Under the pieces are notes generated by a model. That model did no database searches, had not been told where the DNA came from, and saw only the letters and a list, made by a program, of their open reading frames with translations. The position numbers were made by a program, and so were the translations under genes. Positions 21,492 through 34,369 of a stretch of DNA of 64,000 bases are shown in pieces. Origin of the DNA: Chrysemys picta bellii (taxonomy: Eukaryota); the NCBI RefSeq assembly GCF_011386835.1, contig NC_088806.1, forward strand, positions 29,946,001-30,010,000, in the 5' to 3' direction. Every line of letters starts with the position of its first letter. Position 1 is the first letter of the stretch.

Positions 21492-24136
21492 CTCTTTCCT
21501 TGCAAAGGGAGAGGTTTGTGTTCTTGAGTTCCACTTCCCTCCACTCTGCATTCCTGTGTCACTGACGTTGCCTGAGAAGGTATTGTATGCTGGATTATGC
21601 AGCTTTAATCCCCCAGTTCAGGGTTGCTTGTTTCTCCTCCATATTGTTTGCAATATCTTGCATGTTCTGTCCCTCTGTAAACTCAGCAATCAGCCATGCT
21701 GGGTGATGTTGTTCAATGCTGAAGCCTCTGTGTTTGCCAAGCTCGATGTAGAACAAATTTACAGAGTAAACATTCTGGGGCGTCATCGATTGCAAAAATA
21801 AATAAATAATAAAACAACAAAAGGCCTTTTGTTGTCTTCTGTCTCACTGAGTCTCTCTCTCCTCTCTCTCCTCTGTCACTCTTTGTTCCCTTCCCTGATC
21901 CCTTGAGGTAATTAAAGATCCCAGTGCACTTCTATTGTACGAACAAGGGTGTTAACCGCAGGGTCCTGGCCAAATTCCACTCCAGGAAATTACAGTTTGG
22001 TCTCTCTAAATTCCCCCGGTGACAGTCACCTGGATTCAGCATCCTTTTCCCCTTCCCGTCCTCAGCTGTTGGCTAATGCGGCTGCAATCCATGGCTGAGA
22101 GGAACTTCCACCAGCTGAGTAAGGAAGCAGGGGAGAGTGGTTTGCTTCTGTCTGGCCTGACAGAACCGCTTCCTACAGACCCACTGTTCCAGTAAGTCTT
22201 GGTGGCCGGTTGGCCAGTTATTATTTTACTACTTCCATGCCTTCCACTTGGAAATGAATGTTAACGTGTACAGCGAACAGCCTCTTCAGAGAGGTGAAGA
22301 GCTAGCTACTCATGGTCACAGTTACTAGGCTTGAAGGCCCCAATACAGGAAAGCACTTAAGCATGTGCATAATTGTAAGAGGTGAGTAGATCCTGCTCTC
22401 CCTCCTCACCCTGACAGCCCTATTCTGCAGACTCTCATCTGGGAGGTGGTGTTCTTCTGAACCAGGCTCACATGTTCAGAAGTGGGCCCTGCTCCTGGAG
22501 ATGCCTTGGTACCCGTATTTTGTAAGGTTCTGAGCATCTGCAGTTCGTAGGAAGTAGGTCAGAATGAGCTGTGGTTGCTTGGCACCTCTGAAAATCATGC
22601 TTTTCGCTGGGCACGAAAAATGGATGCCACCCAATTTAATCCAGCCACCTCCCTGACATTCCTGTTTGAACCCTGCTCAGGAATTCTCTATGCAAAAAAT
22701 AGGGATCAAACCTAGAACACATCTTCCCTTGCCCAAACCCATGCATTCGAAGCCTCTAACCTTTAGAGGAAAAGTGGCAAAGGTGTGTAGTAGTACCAGA
22801 TGCCCAACTTGAGACTCCTGGTTATGAGAAGATGCTGAGCACCCAACCCTTTGGAAATCAGGCCCCTTGAAGGTCACTAGTTGCACACCCCAAATCACTG
22901 GTCACTTCAGAACCCTGGCCTGGAAATATAGGGCAGCTTGTGAGCAACCATCCTTAGGGAGCGGTATAACCCCTCCCAGATGCAGACCTCTTCAAACCAG
23001 TCTGCTCTCCTGGGAGGCAGGGCTTTGCAGAAAGGCAAGAAACATCAGGCTGTCCGACTCACATGAGATCCCCATGTGGGAAAGGCCTATAAACCAGCAT
23101 CCAACAACAGAAGGAAAAACAAATCGACAGCCAGAAGTCCTTCCCTGCTGTCATTCTTCTTGCCCAAGTGCATCGGCTTGTTTGTTATGTTCCAGCTTAA
23201 AGGGAAGGGGGTCCCATTCCAATCCCTCTTTCGCAGGCTCGGTTTAAATAACACACTGGGTAATATACTTCTCATTCCTCCAGTTTAATACCCTGAACTC
23301 CTTAAATGGCACTGAATCTAACTGAGTGGTGGATAAACATTAGTTTCACAGCTCACAAAGCAGAACTGCTGGCTACTGGCAGTGTAGATGTAATGAGTTC
23401 CTTTTTAGACCCCTGGGAGCATTTAGAATGGGTTCGTCTTTCCCCAAGCTGCCAGTCAAGTTGGTACCAGGGGGAAAAGAAACACTGTTAATCTATTTCC
23501 CACCATCCCATCCCTAGCTGAAATCCCTTCGAGCATGTAACAGTTTTATTTTAATGTGCCATCCTGCCAACACATGGACAGGAGTGGAGTGGGCTGCTCA
23601 GTGCTCGCCCAGCCGAGCGACTGGCAGAAACCTGTATGCTTGGCTTTCGAAGCCTTTTAGAATGTGAACTTTGGCTGGAGAATTCTTAATTTGGTGGGAG
23701 AGGAACGGACGAGAAGACTAGATGAAACAAACAATGAAAAAACGTTTTCACGTTTCCCTTTTCACCCAGGCTTGGCATTGTCAGTTCCTTCCTCGGATAC
23801 TCCTTAATTAAAAGCAGATTGCTATTCTAGGGAGAAAAACTAATTAAGCATCCAAAAGTAGCAAAGAATGACTGCCAAGCAAGCTATCACCAGTGGTCAG
23901 AGACATCTCCCACGGCATTATGCTTTCAATGGGACTCTGAATCACTTGTCAGGAACTTTTCCCAACAGCCAGCGCTCTAGAGCAAATTAACTAAAAAGAT
24001 GATGGTGTGACAAAGTGGGAATTTTCTGTAACATTTTTAAGAATGATATGCCTGACAGTGACTTACTTGGCTAGGGATTGCAACGCAGTGGATGCAAATG
24101 ACTGCTCTTGGGCCACAGCATAAGACATAAAGTGGT

Positions 24137-24797
24137 TGTGTCATGTACCTGTCTGGGGTGGTATCAATGGGTCATTAAAGTTCTGGATGAAACTAACGCA
24201 TATTAATGGAGGATCTGGAAAGACAATGGGAACCCCAAGGACTGAACAATTGATACCTATCCAGAGGAATCTCTTGCTGGAGGAACACATGAACTCAGCT
24301 GAGGTCTGCAGGAGGAAGGCAATGGACCAAGAGGTGACAGTAGGCTAGGATAAGAGTTGGCCTTTGGAGAGACATGGGAGTTCACCTGGGACTGACAGAA
24401 AAAGGAACGGAGACTGAGAGAGGAAAAAAAGATGGTTCCTTCAGCAGCATGACTCAAGAAAGTCCTGGCTTGGCCTGTAGAGACTATGACGTGAGCTTTG
24501 CTTCTCTGTGCCAATCTAGAGACTTCCCAACACTGTGTTCCCTTCTCTGTTTTGAAAAGGCTGCATGGTGTCACTGCAAATACTTGCAGTGGTGCATTGA
24601 CCCGTGAATAAGGAGTTCCTCTCAGCTGGACTCGGGCAGAGCTCAGTGTGAAACAGGAACACTGGAGCCCAGAGGCTCAGTCTCTGAGGCATTGTGTAAG
24701 GAAGAGTGGGACCCTGGAGGGTCTGGCACATTGAAGGGATTCCTCCAAGGGACTGTTTAAAGGCTGGGGCATAGCGCAGATCTTTGGATCCAGGACA
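24137..24797 (+). mobile_element. LTR-like element, degenerate (left boundary uncertain)
   Basis: Ends ...GGATCCAGGACA. Interior (CTGTTTTGAAAAGGCTGCATGGTGTCACTGCAAATACTTG...GAGGGTCTGGCACATTGAAG) resembles turtle LTR sequences from memory. No TSD resolved. Confidence 0.5.
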
Positions 24798-25074
24798 GAA
24801 GTCTACCTAGGTTTGCAAGAGCAGCCACAATGGATTCAACCTGTGGTTCTTGTTTTCTGCTAGCCTGTCTCCTGCATTGGCAAATAAGCCATTCTCCAAT
24901 CCAGTGTGCGCAGTGTCCTGTCTCCTTCAAGGAGGAAAATAAACATACAAAACCTATATGGCAGGGAGGTCAGACTCGTTGGGTGGAGGGCTGGATTTCA
25001 CTTTGAATTATGGTCCGCAGGTCGGGGCATATCTTTCAGACTCAGAGCTGCCCCGCTGGGGTCAGTGAGCAAAG

Positions 25075-25232
25075 ACAGAATGTTGGATGTGAGAAGGAAT
25101 GGATCCCTCAATAATTGCCCAGTTCTGTTCATTCTCTCTGAGGCACCTGGCATTGGCCACTGTGGGAAGATGGGGTACTGGACTGGATGTACCATTGGTC
25201 TGGCCCAGTTGAGCCATTCTCATGTCCCTATG
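25075..25232 (+). mobile_element. CR1 3' end, degenerate
   Basis: CTCTGAGGCACCTGGCATTGGCCACTGTGGGAAGATGGGGTACTGGACTGGATGTACCATTGGTCTGGCCCAG..., homologous to 1346-1509. Confidence 0.8.
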
Positions 25233-25621
25233 GCTTTTAATCTTGCTGTAGTAACTAATATTTATTTTTTTATTATGCTATCCCTGCCAAAGAGTCACAT
25301 TCAGCATCAGTCAGTGAAAAATCTGCTCCCATTTTGGTACACTGTTATTTCTGCCTTTTATCTCTCTTGCTTTCCCATCTTCTTGTTTCTGATTCTCTTC
25401 CTGTTTTAGTATCCCTCCTCCTTCTTCAGTCTACATCTCCTTCCCTGCAGCAACTCTCAGTTCCAACCTCAGAGTGTTTCTCCGAATGCCTCTGGAAAGT
25501 TGCCTGCAGTGACTTGAGCGTAAATACTAATCTCAGGGCAGAGTGTTAAGAACCAGGGCATAAATCCCAAGTTGGTTGTGAATTCTATACCTAGATTTCA
25601 TCAACTGATTATCTAGTGTAA

Positions 25622-25783
25622 CCTTATTTACTTTACATACAACAATAGTTTAGTTATATATTATAGACTAATAGAAAGAGACCTTCTAAAAACGTTAAAA
25701 TGTATTACTGGCACATGGAACCTTAAATCAGAGTGAATAAATGAAGACTCAGCACATCACTTCTGAAAGGTTGCCGACCCCTG
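25622..25783 (-). mobile_element. hAT MITE fragment (one TIR), same family as 41557-41865
   Basis: Reverse complement closely matches 41557-~41720; ends GGTTGCCGACCCCTG. Confidence 0.85.
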
Positions 25784-26291
25784 GAATAGCCATACCGAAT
25801 TAGACCAATGGGCTGAAGAACTGTACCTGGAGCACATAGTGTTTGGAGAAAAGTTAAACAGCAAGCACCCCCAAACTCATCACGCCTCTCAGCCCTTCCC
25901 CTTGCTGCTCACGTACACTCTGTGTGGGGTAAGAACTCAAGGACCAGTTAGTATTACAAAGAGACGGTAATTACATTATTGGCCTTTTAACACATCCTCT
26001 AGGATATTAATAACCATCCGTGTCCTGCTGTTCAGCAGTGCTCTAGTGTCCAGGCAGCCAGCCAGCAGATTTCCACAGGTCACCTCAGCCCTCGCCCCGC
26101 TACCAGTCAGCTCATTTACTCCAGTGTTTTCAAGTAGGAAATGAACATGTAAAAGAAACCCATATCTAGGTCTAGAATAAAATTCACAGGGTGGATTATT
26201 TATTTATTTATTTATGGAGAAAACTGTCTTGCAGATAACGGAACAAGAGATTTAAATGCTGATGGAAAATATGCAGGTTTCTCAGCTTCAA

Positions 26292-26826
26292 GAAAGGAGG
26301 TGCTGTTGCTTCTGTATTTGGCACTGGTGCAGTGGCTATGGGAATCCTGTGTCCAGTTCTGGTTTCCACAGTTCAAGAAGGATATCAATACACTGGGAAA
26401 TGTTCAGAGAACCACAAAGCTGATTAAAGGGCTGGAAAGCATGCCTTATAGTGAGACACTTGAGGAGCTCAGTGTGTTAGCTTAACAGAAGGTTCAGAGG
26501 TGACTTGGTCACAATTGATAAGTACCTACCCAGGGAACAGAAATTTGATAATAAAGGGCTTTTCAACCTATCAGACAAATGTGTAACAATGGCTGGAAGT
26601 TGAAGCTAACCAAATTCAGACTAGAAATAAGGTGCATATTTTTAACAGTGAGGAAAATGAGCCGCTGCAACAACTTAACAAATGTTGTGGTGGATTCTCC
26701 ATCCCGGGACATTTGAACATCAAGATTGGCTGTTTTTCCTCAAAGCTCTGCTCTAGTTCAAATGGGAGTTAATTCAGAAAATCTCATGCCTGTGTTATAC
26801 AGGAGGTCAGAGTAGATGATTATCAC
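26292..26826 (+). mobile_element. CR1 LINE fragment: decayed ORF2 C-terminus plus 3' UTR
   Basis: ORF 26300-26485 (LYLALVQWLWESCVQFWFPQFKKDINTLGNVQRTTKLIKGLESMPYSETLEEL) matches the CR1 ORF2 motif LYSALVRPHLEYCVQFW.P..KKD...LE.VQRRATK.I.GLE...YEERL.EL. Downstream ATGGCTGGAAGTTGAAGCT and AGGAGGTCAGAGTAGATGAT are CR1-like. Confidence 0.9.
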
Positions 26827-27169
26827 TATCACAATTCAAGGCAACTGCTCCTGTAGTCCTCCTCTGTGGTCCCTTGGGGGCACCCACTTTAGGCTCCCAG
26901 CTCCTCAGTCTCTCGAGAGGAAACCTGTGTCTCTGTCCCTCCTGACTGGGGTTTTTCCAGGCTGCACAGTTCCCTGCCTATACTGTGATATTCCCCAGAA
27001 AGCCAGGCTACCTGGACAGGCCAGCATCTGTGCTTTGCTTTCTCTTCAAAGGCTATGAATTACCAGCAGTCACTAGTTACTACACTGCCCTTTCTAAGCA
27101 AGCAAATTTATTCCTAAGATGAAATAATTACAGAGAAAATATAATAAAAACAATAATAGAAACTACACA
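26827..27169. mobile_element. LTR fragment between two CR1 pieces
   Basis: Starts TATCACAATTCAAGGCAACTGC (TGTCAC-like terminus); GC-richer interior resembles turtle LTRs from memory; truncated by the CR1 at 27170. Confidence 0.5.
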
Positions 27170-27501
27170 CATAGAATCATAGAGTCGTAGGACTGGAAGG
27201 GACCTCGAGAGGTTATCTAATCCAGTCCCCTGCATTATTTAGACCATCCCAGACAGGTGTTTGTCTAACCTGCTCTTAAAAATCTCCAATGATGGAGATT
27301 CCACGGCCTCCATAGGCAATTTATTCCAGTGTTTAACCACTCTGACAGTTAGGAAGTTTTTCCTAATGCCCAACCTAAACTGCCCTGGTTACAATTTAAG
27401 CCCATTGCTTCTTGTCCTATCCTCAGAGGTTAAGAAGAACAAATTTTTCCCCTCCTCTTTGTAACAACCACTTATGTACCTGGAAACTGTTATCATGCCT
27501 C
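27170..27501 (-). mobile_element. CR1 LINE 3' end
   Basis: CATAGAATCATAGAGTCGTAGGACTGGAAGGGACC (reverse of the (ATTCTATG)n tail), followed by AATCTCCAATGATGGAGATTCCAC...CACTCTGACAGTTAGGAAGTTTTTCCTAATG (antisense of the ORF2 C-terminus). Confidence 0.92.
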
Positions 27502-28574
27502 ATTTTGTGGATTCAGGCTGGAATTTTCAGAAGAGTCAGAATGGAAGTTAATGGGAGTTGGGCTTCTAACTTCTTTCAGGATCCTTTGAAAATCCGAGCT
27601 TTGTTTCTTAAGGTCTCGCACCTTAAACACTCCCAGAGACATTTTCCTCCAGTGACTTTTATCCCTCCTTGCACATTGAAAAACTCTCAAGTCAGTGACT
27701 TCCTTGAAAACCTCAAATGTACCCAGAGGCTTTGACTGCAGCCTCCTATTGCTCTTCTCCCTGGAGGTTGCCTCTGATGGTTTGAAGTGTATATTCCCGT
27801 GGCTCCCATAGGCCGTAGGTTATGTGCTTTGATGATCTATTGCCCCTAAGATTTGCCATAATTGAATGTTCACTTATAATGAGGTTTGTCAAAATCTCCT
27901 TAAAGCCCCATTGGAAAGTGACAAATCTTTGATCTATTCAGTTCCAAAAAGCAGTTGTCTGACCAGCTGATTGCAGTCCAAATCCAGGTATCAATTGAGG
28001 ATGTTTTCAAATCAGATGCACAGGTGGACATCAATCACGAACATAATCCTCAGTTGGCGGAACACAAAAACATAACCCCACCTTGCCTTGCGAGTGCAGC
28101 ATCATTAGTCTTGGGATAGACTATAAATTGGTGCATATAGTGAACAACCAGCAATAGGGGAATGTTAGCAGATGAAATAGCAGCACTTTGTAGTGAATGA
28201 CAAATCATTACTCGTTCCTTTCCCCATCAAGTGTAACACCATTTATCATATGGTGGGAAGCACTGGGTTTAAAGATGGATAGACTATCATCATCCAGATG
28301 CCCGTGTGTGGCCTGCCTGGCAGAATCCACTATGATCAGTACAGGTGAATGGCTTAATAGTTGCGTGCAGGGTGGGGGAACAGGCGGAGAGGGTGTGACA
28401 TTTACTGAAATGCTGCCTTCAAAGGTGTTGCACCAGAAGTTAATTGTCAGTGCAACCTAGTCCATTCAAAAAGAAAGAACATTGTTGGGAAAACAGGTGT
28501 GTGGGATTCAAAGGTAGAAATTATTTTGGAGGGGTTGGTCTCTGGAGCTAGGGGTGTAGGCTGGGTATATTAAT

Positions 28575-28993
28575 TACAGCTGGATGCCAATTTGCCAACA
28601 AAATGTTTTTTCACTGGAAAATGTCAATTTGTCACAATTGAAACTGTTTCAATGAATCTCTCTGATTTGAAAAAATATATATTAAAAGATCTTTGAAATT
28701 GTGAAAACATCCCATTTTGACATTTTTGAAATGAAATGTTTCAGGTTTTGGTTCAAAATAACTCCGCCCCCTCCCAAATTTTAATTATTTTATACTTTTT
28801 AAAAAGGTACAAAATAAAAAGGTCAATATTGAAGCAAAATATTTTGATTGACCAAATCTGACTTTTTTATTTATTTATTTATTTATTTATTTATGGATTT
28901 CAGTTTGTGAAAATGTTCAAAATTTTGACTTTTTGTACTGATTCAGAACGGGAATTCTCATGGGATGGAAAAACCGCTTCCCTTCCAGCTCTA
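28575..28993. mobile_element. AT-rich hAT-type element with perfect 8-bp TSD
   Basis: Termini TACAGCTGG / CCAGCTCTA; ATATTAAT on both flanks (28567-28574, 28994-29001); contains a (TTTA)n tract at ~28866-28893. Confidence 0.8.
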
Positions 28994-29148
28994 ATATTAA
29001 TGCCTATACTCTTTGAATGTAAGGATATCCTTCAGGGGATGGCTAGAGGGATGTGCAAATGGGAAAAGGGACTTTTTCTCTTAAAATTCCATCAGATCCT
29101 GCTGCACATTCCCAGCTCTCTATTAGTGACACTGCTAAAAACATTTGC

Positions 29149-29295
29149 TAGAATCATAGAAATTGGAGATGGAAAGTACCTTTTCAGACTCAGCCCATTC
29201 ATCTTCTGCCAGTACAAGGTTGCTCCCTAATATGCTTACTAGCACTTTGTCCAGTCTAACTTTAAATGTCTCAATCAATGAGGCTTCCACTGTTT
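29149..29295 (-). mobile_element. Old CR1 3' end
   Basis: TAGAATCATAGAAATTGGAGATGGAAAGTACC...GTCCAGTCTAACTTTAAATGTCTCAA..GGCTTCCAC. Confidence 0.65.
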
Positions 29296-31511
29296 TCTGC
29301 TAGTTGCTTTTCCTGTAACTAGTTCCACTTCCTTTGCTCGGTGCATCAGTTATACCTGTCCTAGCTTGTACACGCCCCGAATCTATCTGCCTATCCTCTT
29401 ATGCCCTTCCCATCATTACAATGGAATGTCAAATTGGTGCAAGTTGCACAACTATCCCACTAAAATTCATTGCCTGACCCACTGACACACAAGGTAGGAC
29501 TTAATTTACCTCAAGTATTTCCATGGGAGTTGCATCTGCTTCTATCAGATGTGAATTTGGGCCAGTGTCTTCGAGGGTGAATGAGAGAAGAGAACTCTGG
29601 GAACTATGTGGTATATGAGCAGAATGTGCTATATCGTTTCTCTACAGAGGTAGGGGAAGACTAATGACAATACCAGTTTTCAGGGGGGAAATGCATTTTT
29701 CTCCTCTGGTTGGATGTGTTTCTGAGGTGGGTAACCAGTTTCTCCAACCCACATCCACTACAGTAGTGTTTCTCCACTTTAGCATGCCATACCTCCTGCA
29801 AAGTGCTGCCAACAGGAATATGAATAGTTTTGGATGACATCACCTCTATCAATTATTCATAGGCTGAGGAGCATATGAATTGGTCAAGAGGGGCCCCTTG
29901 AAGCACAATTAACAGCACTGAAGTTATTGTAGAACCTTACCCAAACAACATGAAATACTGCAGTGCAGTGACGCCAGTGTCTGCAGAGCAGGTGGCAAGA
30001 GGCTTTTGAACGCTCCCATCTCTACTCAGCATCTCCATTCCAAAGTGATCATTAACTAGGTGGACTCAAGAGCCCTAAAGGTCACTGCACAATACACATT
30101 GTTACTGTCTTTTAATGGATTTTCCCAAGACACGATTATTTCTGAACCGGAGAGTCCGCAGCTGAGACTTCTTAGCATGGGCCTGGAATAACCATCAAGG
30201 ACCAGATACGTCTCTTTCCTATCAGTGGAGTTAAACAAAGGATGACTTTTCTCACAAATATTTGTCTAATCATGTGTGGCCTGGTAGCTGAACTGGAAAT
30301 GTATCTGTACCAAACCTCTATACCATTGAGATCCATTCCTCAGTTAGTACATCACCCCTACTTTCCTCCCACCCCACTTAAAACTGTGACACGATCCTTA
30401 GAAGTTTTTAAAAAAAATAGCACTGCATGGTAACAGGAGTTTTTTCAGTGATGTTAAGGCTGAACAATATTTATAATATTAAATGTACTATAACAGCACA
30501 GATAATATCGTAAACCTCATTTTATAAAGTGAGTCCATAGTAAATCAGTCTTATCCATAGTAATGCTACCATGAAACTGTAGGTAGCCAAGTAATGTTGT
30601 GGTAAACCATGCTGAGCTATTAACTACAGCTTTATGTTACCATCTGTGCTGTTACTATATTTTTACTGTAACAGCCTTCATTCTGTTAATGCGCACTTCC
30701 CTGTACATTTGATATAACCTTTACAATGCAACACAAAACAGAATTATATCATCAGAAGACTGGAAGGAACTTAAGTCTAATACTGCACAAACTCACTGTG
30801 ATATATTTAGGTATCTTATTGTTAAGTGTGTCTGTGTGCACTGCAGTTTTAAATGTCTACGAAACTGCTGTCTTTGCAGAGACAGGCAGACATTTTGTGT
30901 TCAGTTCAATGCAGACTGTCACAGAGAAGAGATACACATACACACAGTATGCCCTTATCGGGCAACTTTATTTTAGATTAAGAGAAGAACAAAAAATAAA
31001 GGACATTCTAACCGAAAGCATCAGTGTATTGTTTGCATGGAAAAGCACAACGTTCTCCCCCCCTTTTAACTGCAGGAAATCAGGAGAGTTGAGCAAATAA
31101 TTTAGTGTGAATAATTTATTCAATGAATTTTGACTCTTTGCCCACAAACTGCTTATGATTTCCTCAAAAGTATTGGTCCTATGAAATTATTCGGAAAACC
31201 GGTTTCTACAAATCAATCTTGGCCTGTAGCTTGTTCACTAGCAGTTCACAGTGAGTATTTGACATCCTGTATTTGAAATTCTAGTTGGTTGGTTAGTTTC
31301 AGTTAGACACATAGGTCTCATGATATTTATTCTGACTGGATGGAGAACTCTTGGATGAAAACTCCTACAGGCTAACTCTGATTATTATAACTCTGATTTA
31401 GGTACCTCGATTAGGTGTTCCCAAATGCAGAATTCAGTACCATGACTTCAGCAAATGTGGAAAGTGGGCCCATGGAGTGTAGGTTACTTCTAGCAAGGGT
31501 CAAAATGTAAC

Positions 31512-31645
31512 CTTTTAGATTGTAAGCTCCTTGGGTTACAGAGTGTCATTTACTAAATGTTTGTACAGCATATAACACAGTGTGACACTGACATGGTTAA
31601 GGACTCTGGGTAATATTGTATAATAATTATAAATAATTAATAGCG
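31512..31645 (+). mobile_element. L2-like tail (LINE2 or SINE)
   Basis: TTAGATTGTAAGCTCCTTGGG...TGTTTGTACAGCA...ATAATAATTATAAATAAT. Confidence 0.6.
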
Positions 31646-31884
31646 ACCATACTGTTTATAGCAATTGGTTTATCTATAGGCGAGAGATGGGGGGTGAGGA
31701 ATTATGCTGCAGCCTTTGCCAAAACATATGAAGATCTGCCTCCAGTTTATCTGGCTTCCCTGCATTTTAAACATTTAAACTGTAAACTACGTTGCATCTG
31801 TTATTTTTGTGACTCATGTTCTTCTGGCTGTTCACTGTGCCACTGCGTTGCACTGATCCACCATATATCACTGCTTTTCTGCAG

Positions 31885-32064
31885 GCTAGCTACCCGGATA
31901 GCACTCTCAAGATTGTAAACAGAATGATTCACAAACTGGTGGCAGAAGCTAAAAGCAGAGCAGTTCACAACCCCAAGAGCAATGCCAAGATTCTAAATGG
32001 AACGTTGCAACAACAAATGGGATCTGAAGATTCTAAAACACAATGTGTCATCAGTGGGCTCTAA
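31885..32064 (+). other. Candidate terminal exon (unassigned)
   Basis: Acceptor CTGCTTTTCTGCAG|, a 59-codon open frame to TAA, and AATAAA at 32310-32315. Confidence 0.2.
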
Positions 32065-32474
32065 ATAGGGTTATATAACCTGTAACTGACACGCTCTGCA
32101 GTTGGTTTTCCATAGTCTCCACATCTGGTCGCCCACTTAATACTTGTTGCACACTATTTATTTGTTTGTTGTAAAAAAGGGGTGGAAGCAGACCAACAAC
32201 AGTAGCTGGAGTGTCTTTCCATATGTTTTACAACACCGTAAAACAAACAAGCAGGATTAATTTCCTGATGGAAACAGCTCATTGTCCAAAAATCTTAGAT
32301 TTTGCTTAAAATAAAAATGAAAAAAAAAGTGGGATGTTTTTGTTGTGTTTTGGATTTTAATTATAAAGCAGTGAGGCACTGGAGAAGTTTGTATGTAAAC
32401 TTTCCTCTTGCAACATCAGCAACCCAAACACAACAACATCACTGAGTTACAGCACGAGAACAGCCTGTTCTGCT

Positions 32475-32608
32475 GGTATTTTAGTGATGTAAAGAGGCAG
32501 GGTCAGCCAGCAGTTAGAAGTTCTAGGTTCTGTTGTTGCCTTGCTTGTGTGAACTTGAGCAAATCACATTGCCTCTCTGCCTCCATTTATCCATTTGTAA
32601 AATGATGT
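32475..32608 (+). mobile_element. CORE-SINE (MIR-like) fragment
   Basis: GTGTGAACTTGAGCAAATCACATTGCCTCTCTGCCTCCATTTATCCATTTGTAAAATG. Confidence 0.6.
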
Positions 32609-32917
32609 TTATAAACCTTGCTTAATTCACAGAAGTGTTGCCAGACAATTTTTATTTGCCAGACCACTTTGTGGTCTTTTGGTGTATGGCATCAAGAACT
32701 GCTGAGTATTTATTATTATTGTTGGTTTTAGGATAGCTGATATTGATTATTACTATTACTGTTCTATTTCTGCTCTTAGCTATCACTAGGATGCGCAGAG
32801 GCACACAAGAAAAAACACAATGATTTTGATTCTTAATAAGCTTCAGTCATGTTTGAATTGTTTTTAGTATTGGGACTGGTTCATCTGTTCTTGTGGTATT
32901 GAGGATTGTGCCTTTTT

Positions 32918-33316
32918 GGGTACGTCTACATTACACTGTAAACCCCGGTCTGTGGGACCCAGGCTTGTGGACTTGGTGTTCCAAGTCCACACTGGAGTAT
33001 CCACACTGCATTGGAAACCTGGGTTTACAGTTGCTGGACCTGGGTCTCACAGCTGTGCTAAACACTTTCATTCTTCACTACGCAGACTTTCTGACTTAGA
33101 TCTGAGGTTTGAGCTGTGTCCATACAGGAAAATGAGAGGGCTTGGACCCAAGTCACAGTGGGACTCAGGCTCTGACCCATCACACAACAGGCTCCTAGAA
33201 GCCAGGTCCTGAGTGCTTGCTGACCCATGTCAGACTGATTTATGTGTGGACAGAACCGGGGCTTAGGCTCAAACCTGTGTCAGAGCCCAGACTTAGTGTG
33301 GAGTGTAGACATAAGC
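32918..33316. mobile_element. Harbinger-like MITE
   Basis: Termini GGGTACGTCTACATT / AGTGTAGACATAAGC. Confidence 0.65.
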
Positions 33317-34369
33317 TTGATGGTTGAGCTTCCCAGTGAGTCACAGAAACATTTGTTATGCACAGGCTCTTAGAACAAGACCTAGAATAACCAAGATCTC
33401 TCTTGCAAGCCCCTCAAGTACTGAGTGATCAATGAACACCACAGTCCCCACTTAAAAGAACCTTATAATTAATCCATAGGTCTGTTGCCATTATAACACA
33501 CTTCACTGTTTATGGGTGACACACTCTGTACCTACTGGAATAGCTAATGCAACTTTGCATTCACTATTCTGCATAGGGAGTGAATTACTGTGTTTATAAA
33601 AAAAATCTCCATATTAATGTCTGATTGCAAATCATTCTACTGCCTTTTTTTATTAATACCTTGATTCCTACTATTCTCTGCTGCAAGGCATTCAAATTGC
33701 AGCCACTATACAGAAAATAGCCTGCATCCCATTTGTATATCAGCTATACTTTGTAATCTTGTTGTCCATCAGAGCTATTGTACTTGGCGTTAACTGCTCA
33801 TGCCAAGAAGAAGAATGTTGACTTTTTGTTTCTAGTGTTAAAAGCTCTGGTGGATTCTATGCAGAAACATCTTTTTTTTTTTTAAATGTCGAGGGCAGAA
33901 CATCAGTGTAAAAATAAAAAGGCAGGTGTATGAGCTTACTAGTGAGAAAGACAGGCTTAAAATATGTTCTATCCTGGACTGGCATGTTAGCTTGGAAGCT
34001 AAATAAGCTAATCTGAGTTATGAATAATGTGCATACACAACTTTCATTTTTAAACGCATCCATACATTTGATCGTGAGTCAAGCATGTGGTGGGAGAATA
34101 GACAGGCTGAGGATGGTATTTTTATGCTTTTGTGAATCATTATAGTACACAATATTTTCCTTCACTGCACTGTTCTGTCTTAATATTTTTCTGCAATGAA
34201 ATCCATTCGGCTGTACTGGAAATGTAGGCACTTTATAGAAAATCTTTAACAGTGCCGGCACAAATGGATGGGTCTTATTTCCTCTCTGCAGTGTGTGGAT
34301 TTGCAAAGGCATTGCCAACAAATATTTTTTTTAAACGCACTAAAGAAAGGGTCATGCAAATGAAAGCAA

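Noticed and set aside
24906-25409. 167-aa ORF with a hydrophobic tail
   Set aside because: It runs through a CR1 3' UTR and pyrimidine-rich DNA, so the hydrophobic end is compositional.
32047-32064. CVIS as a CAAX prenylation motif in the candidate exon
   Set aside because: Two more residues (GL) follow before the stop, so the motif is not C-terminal.
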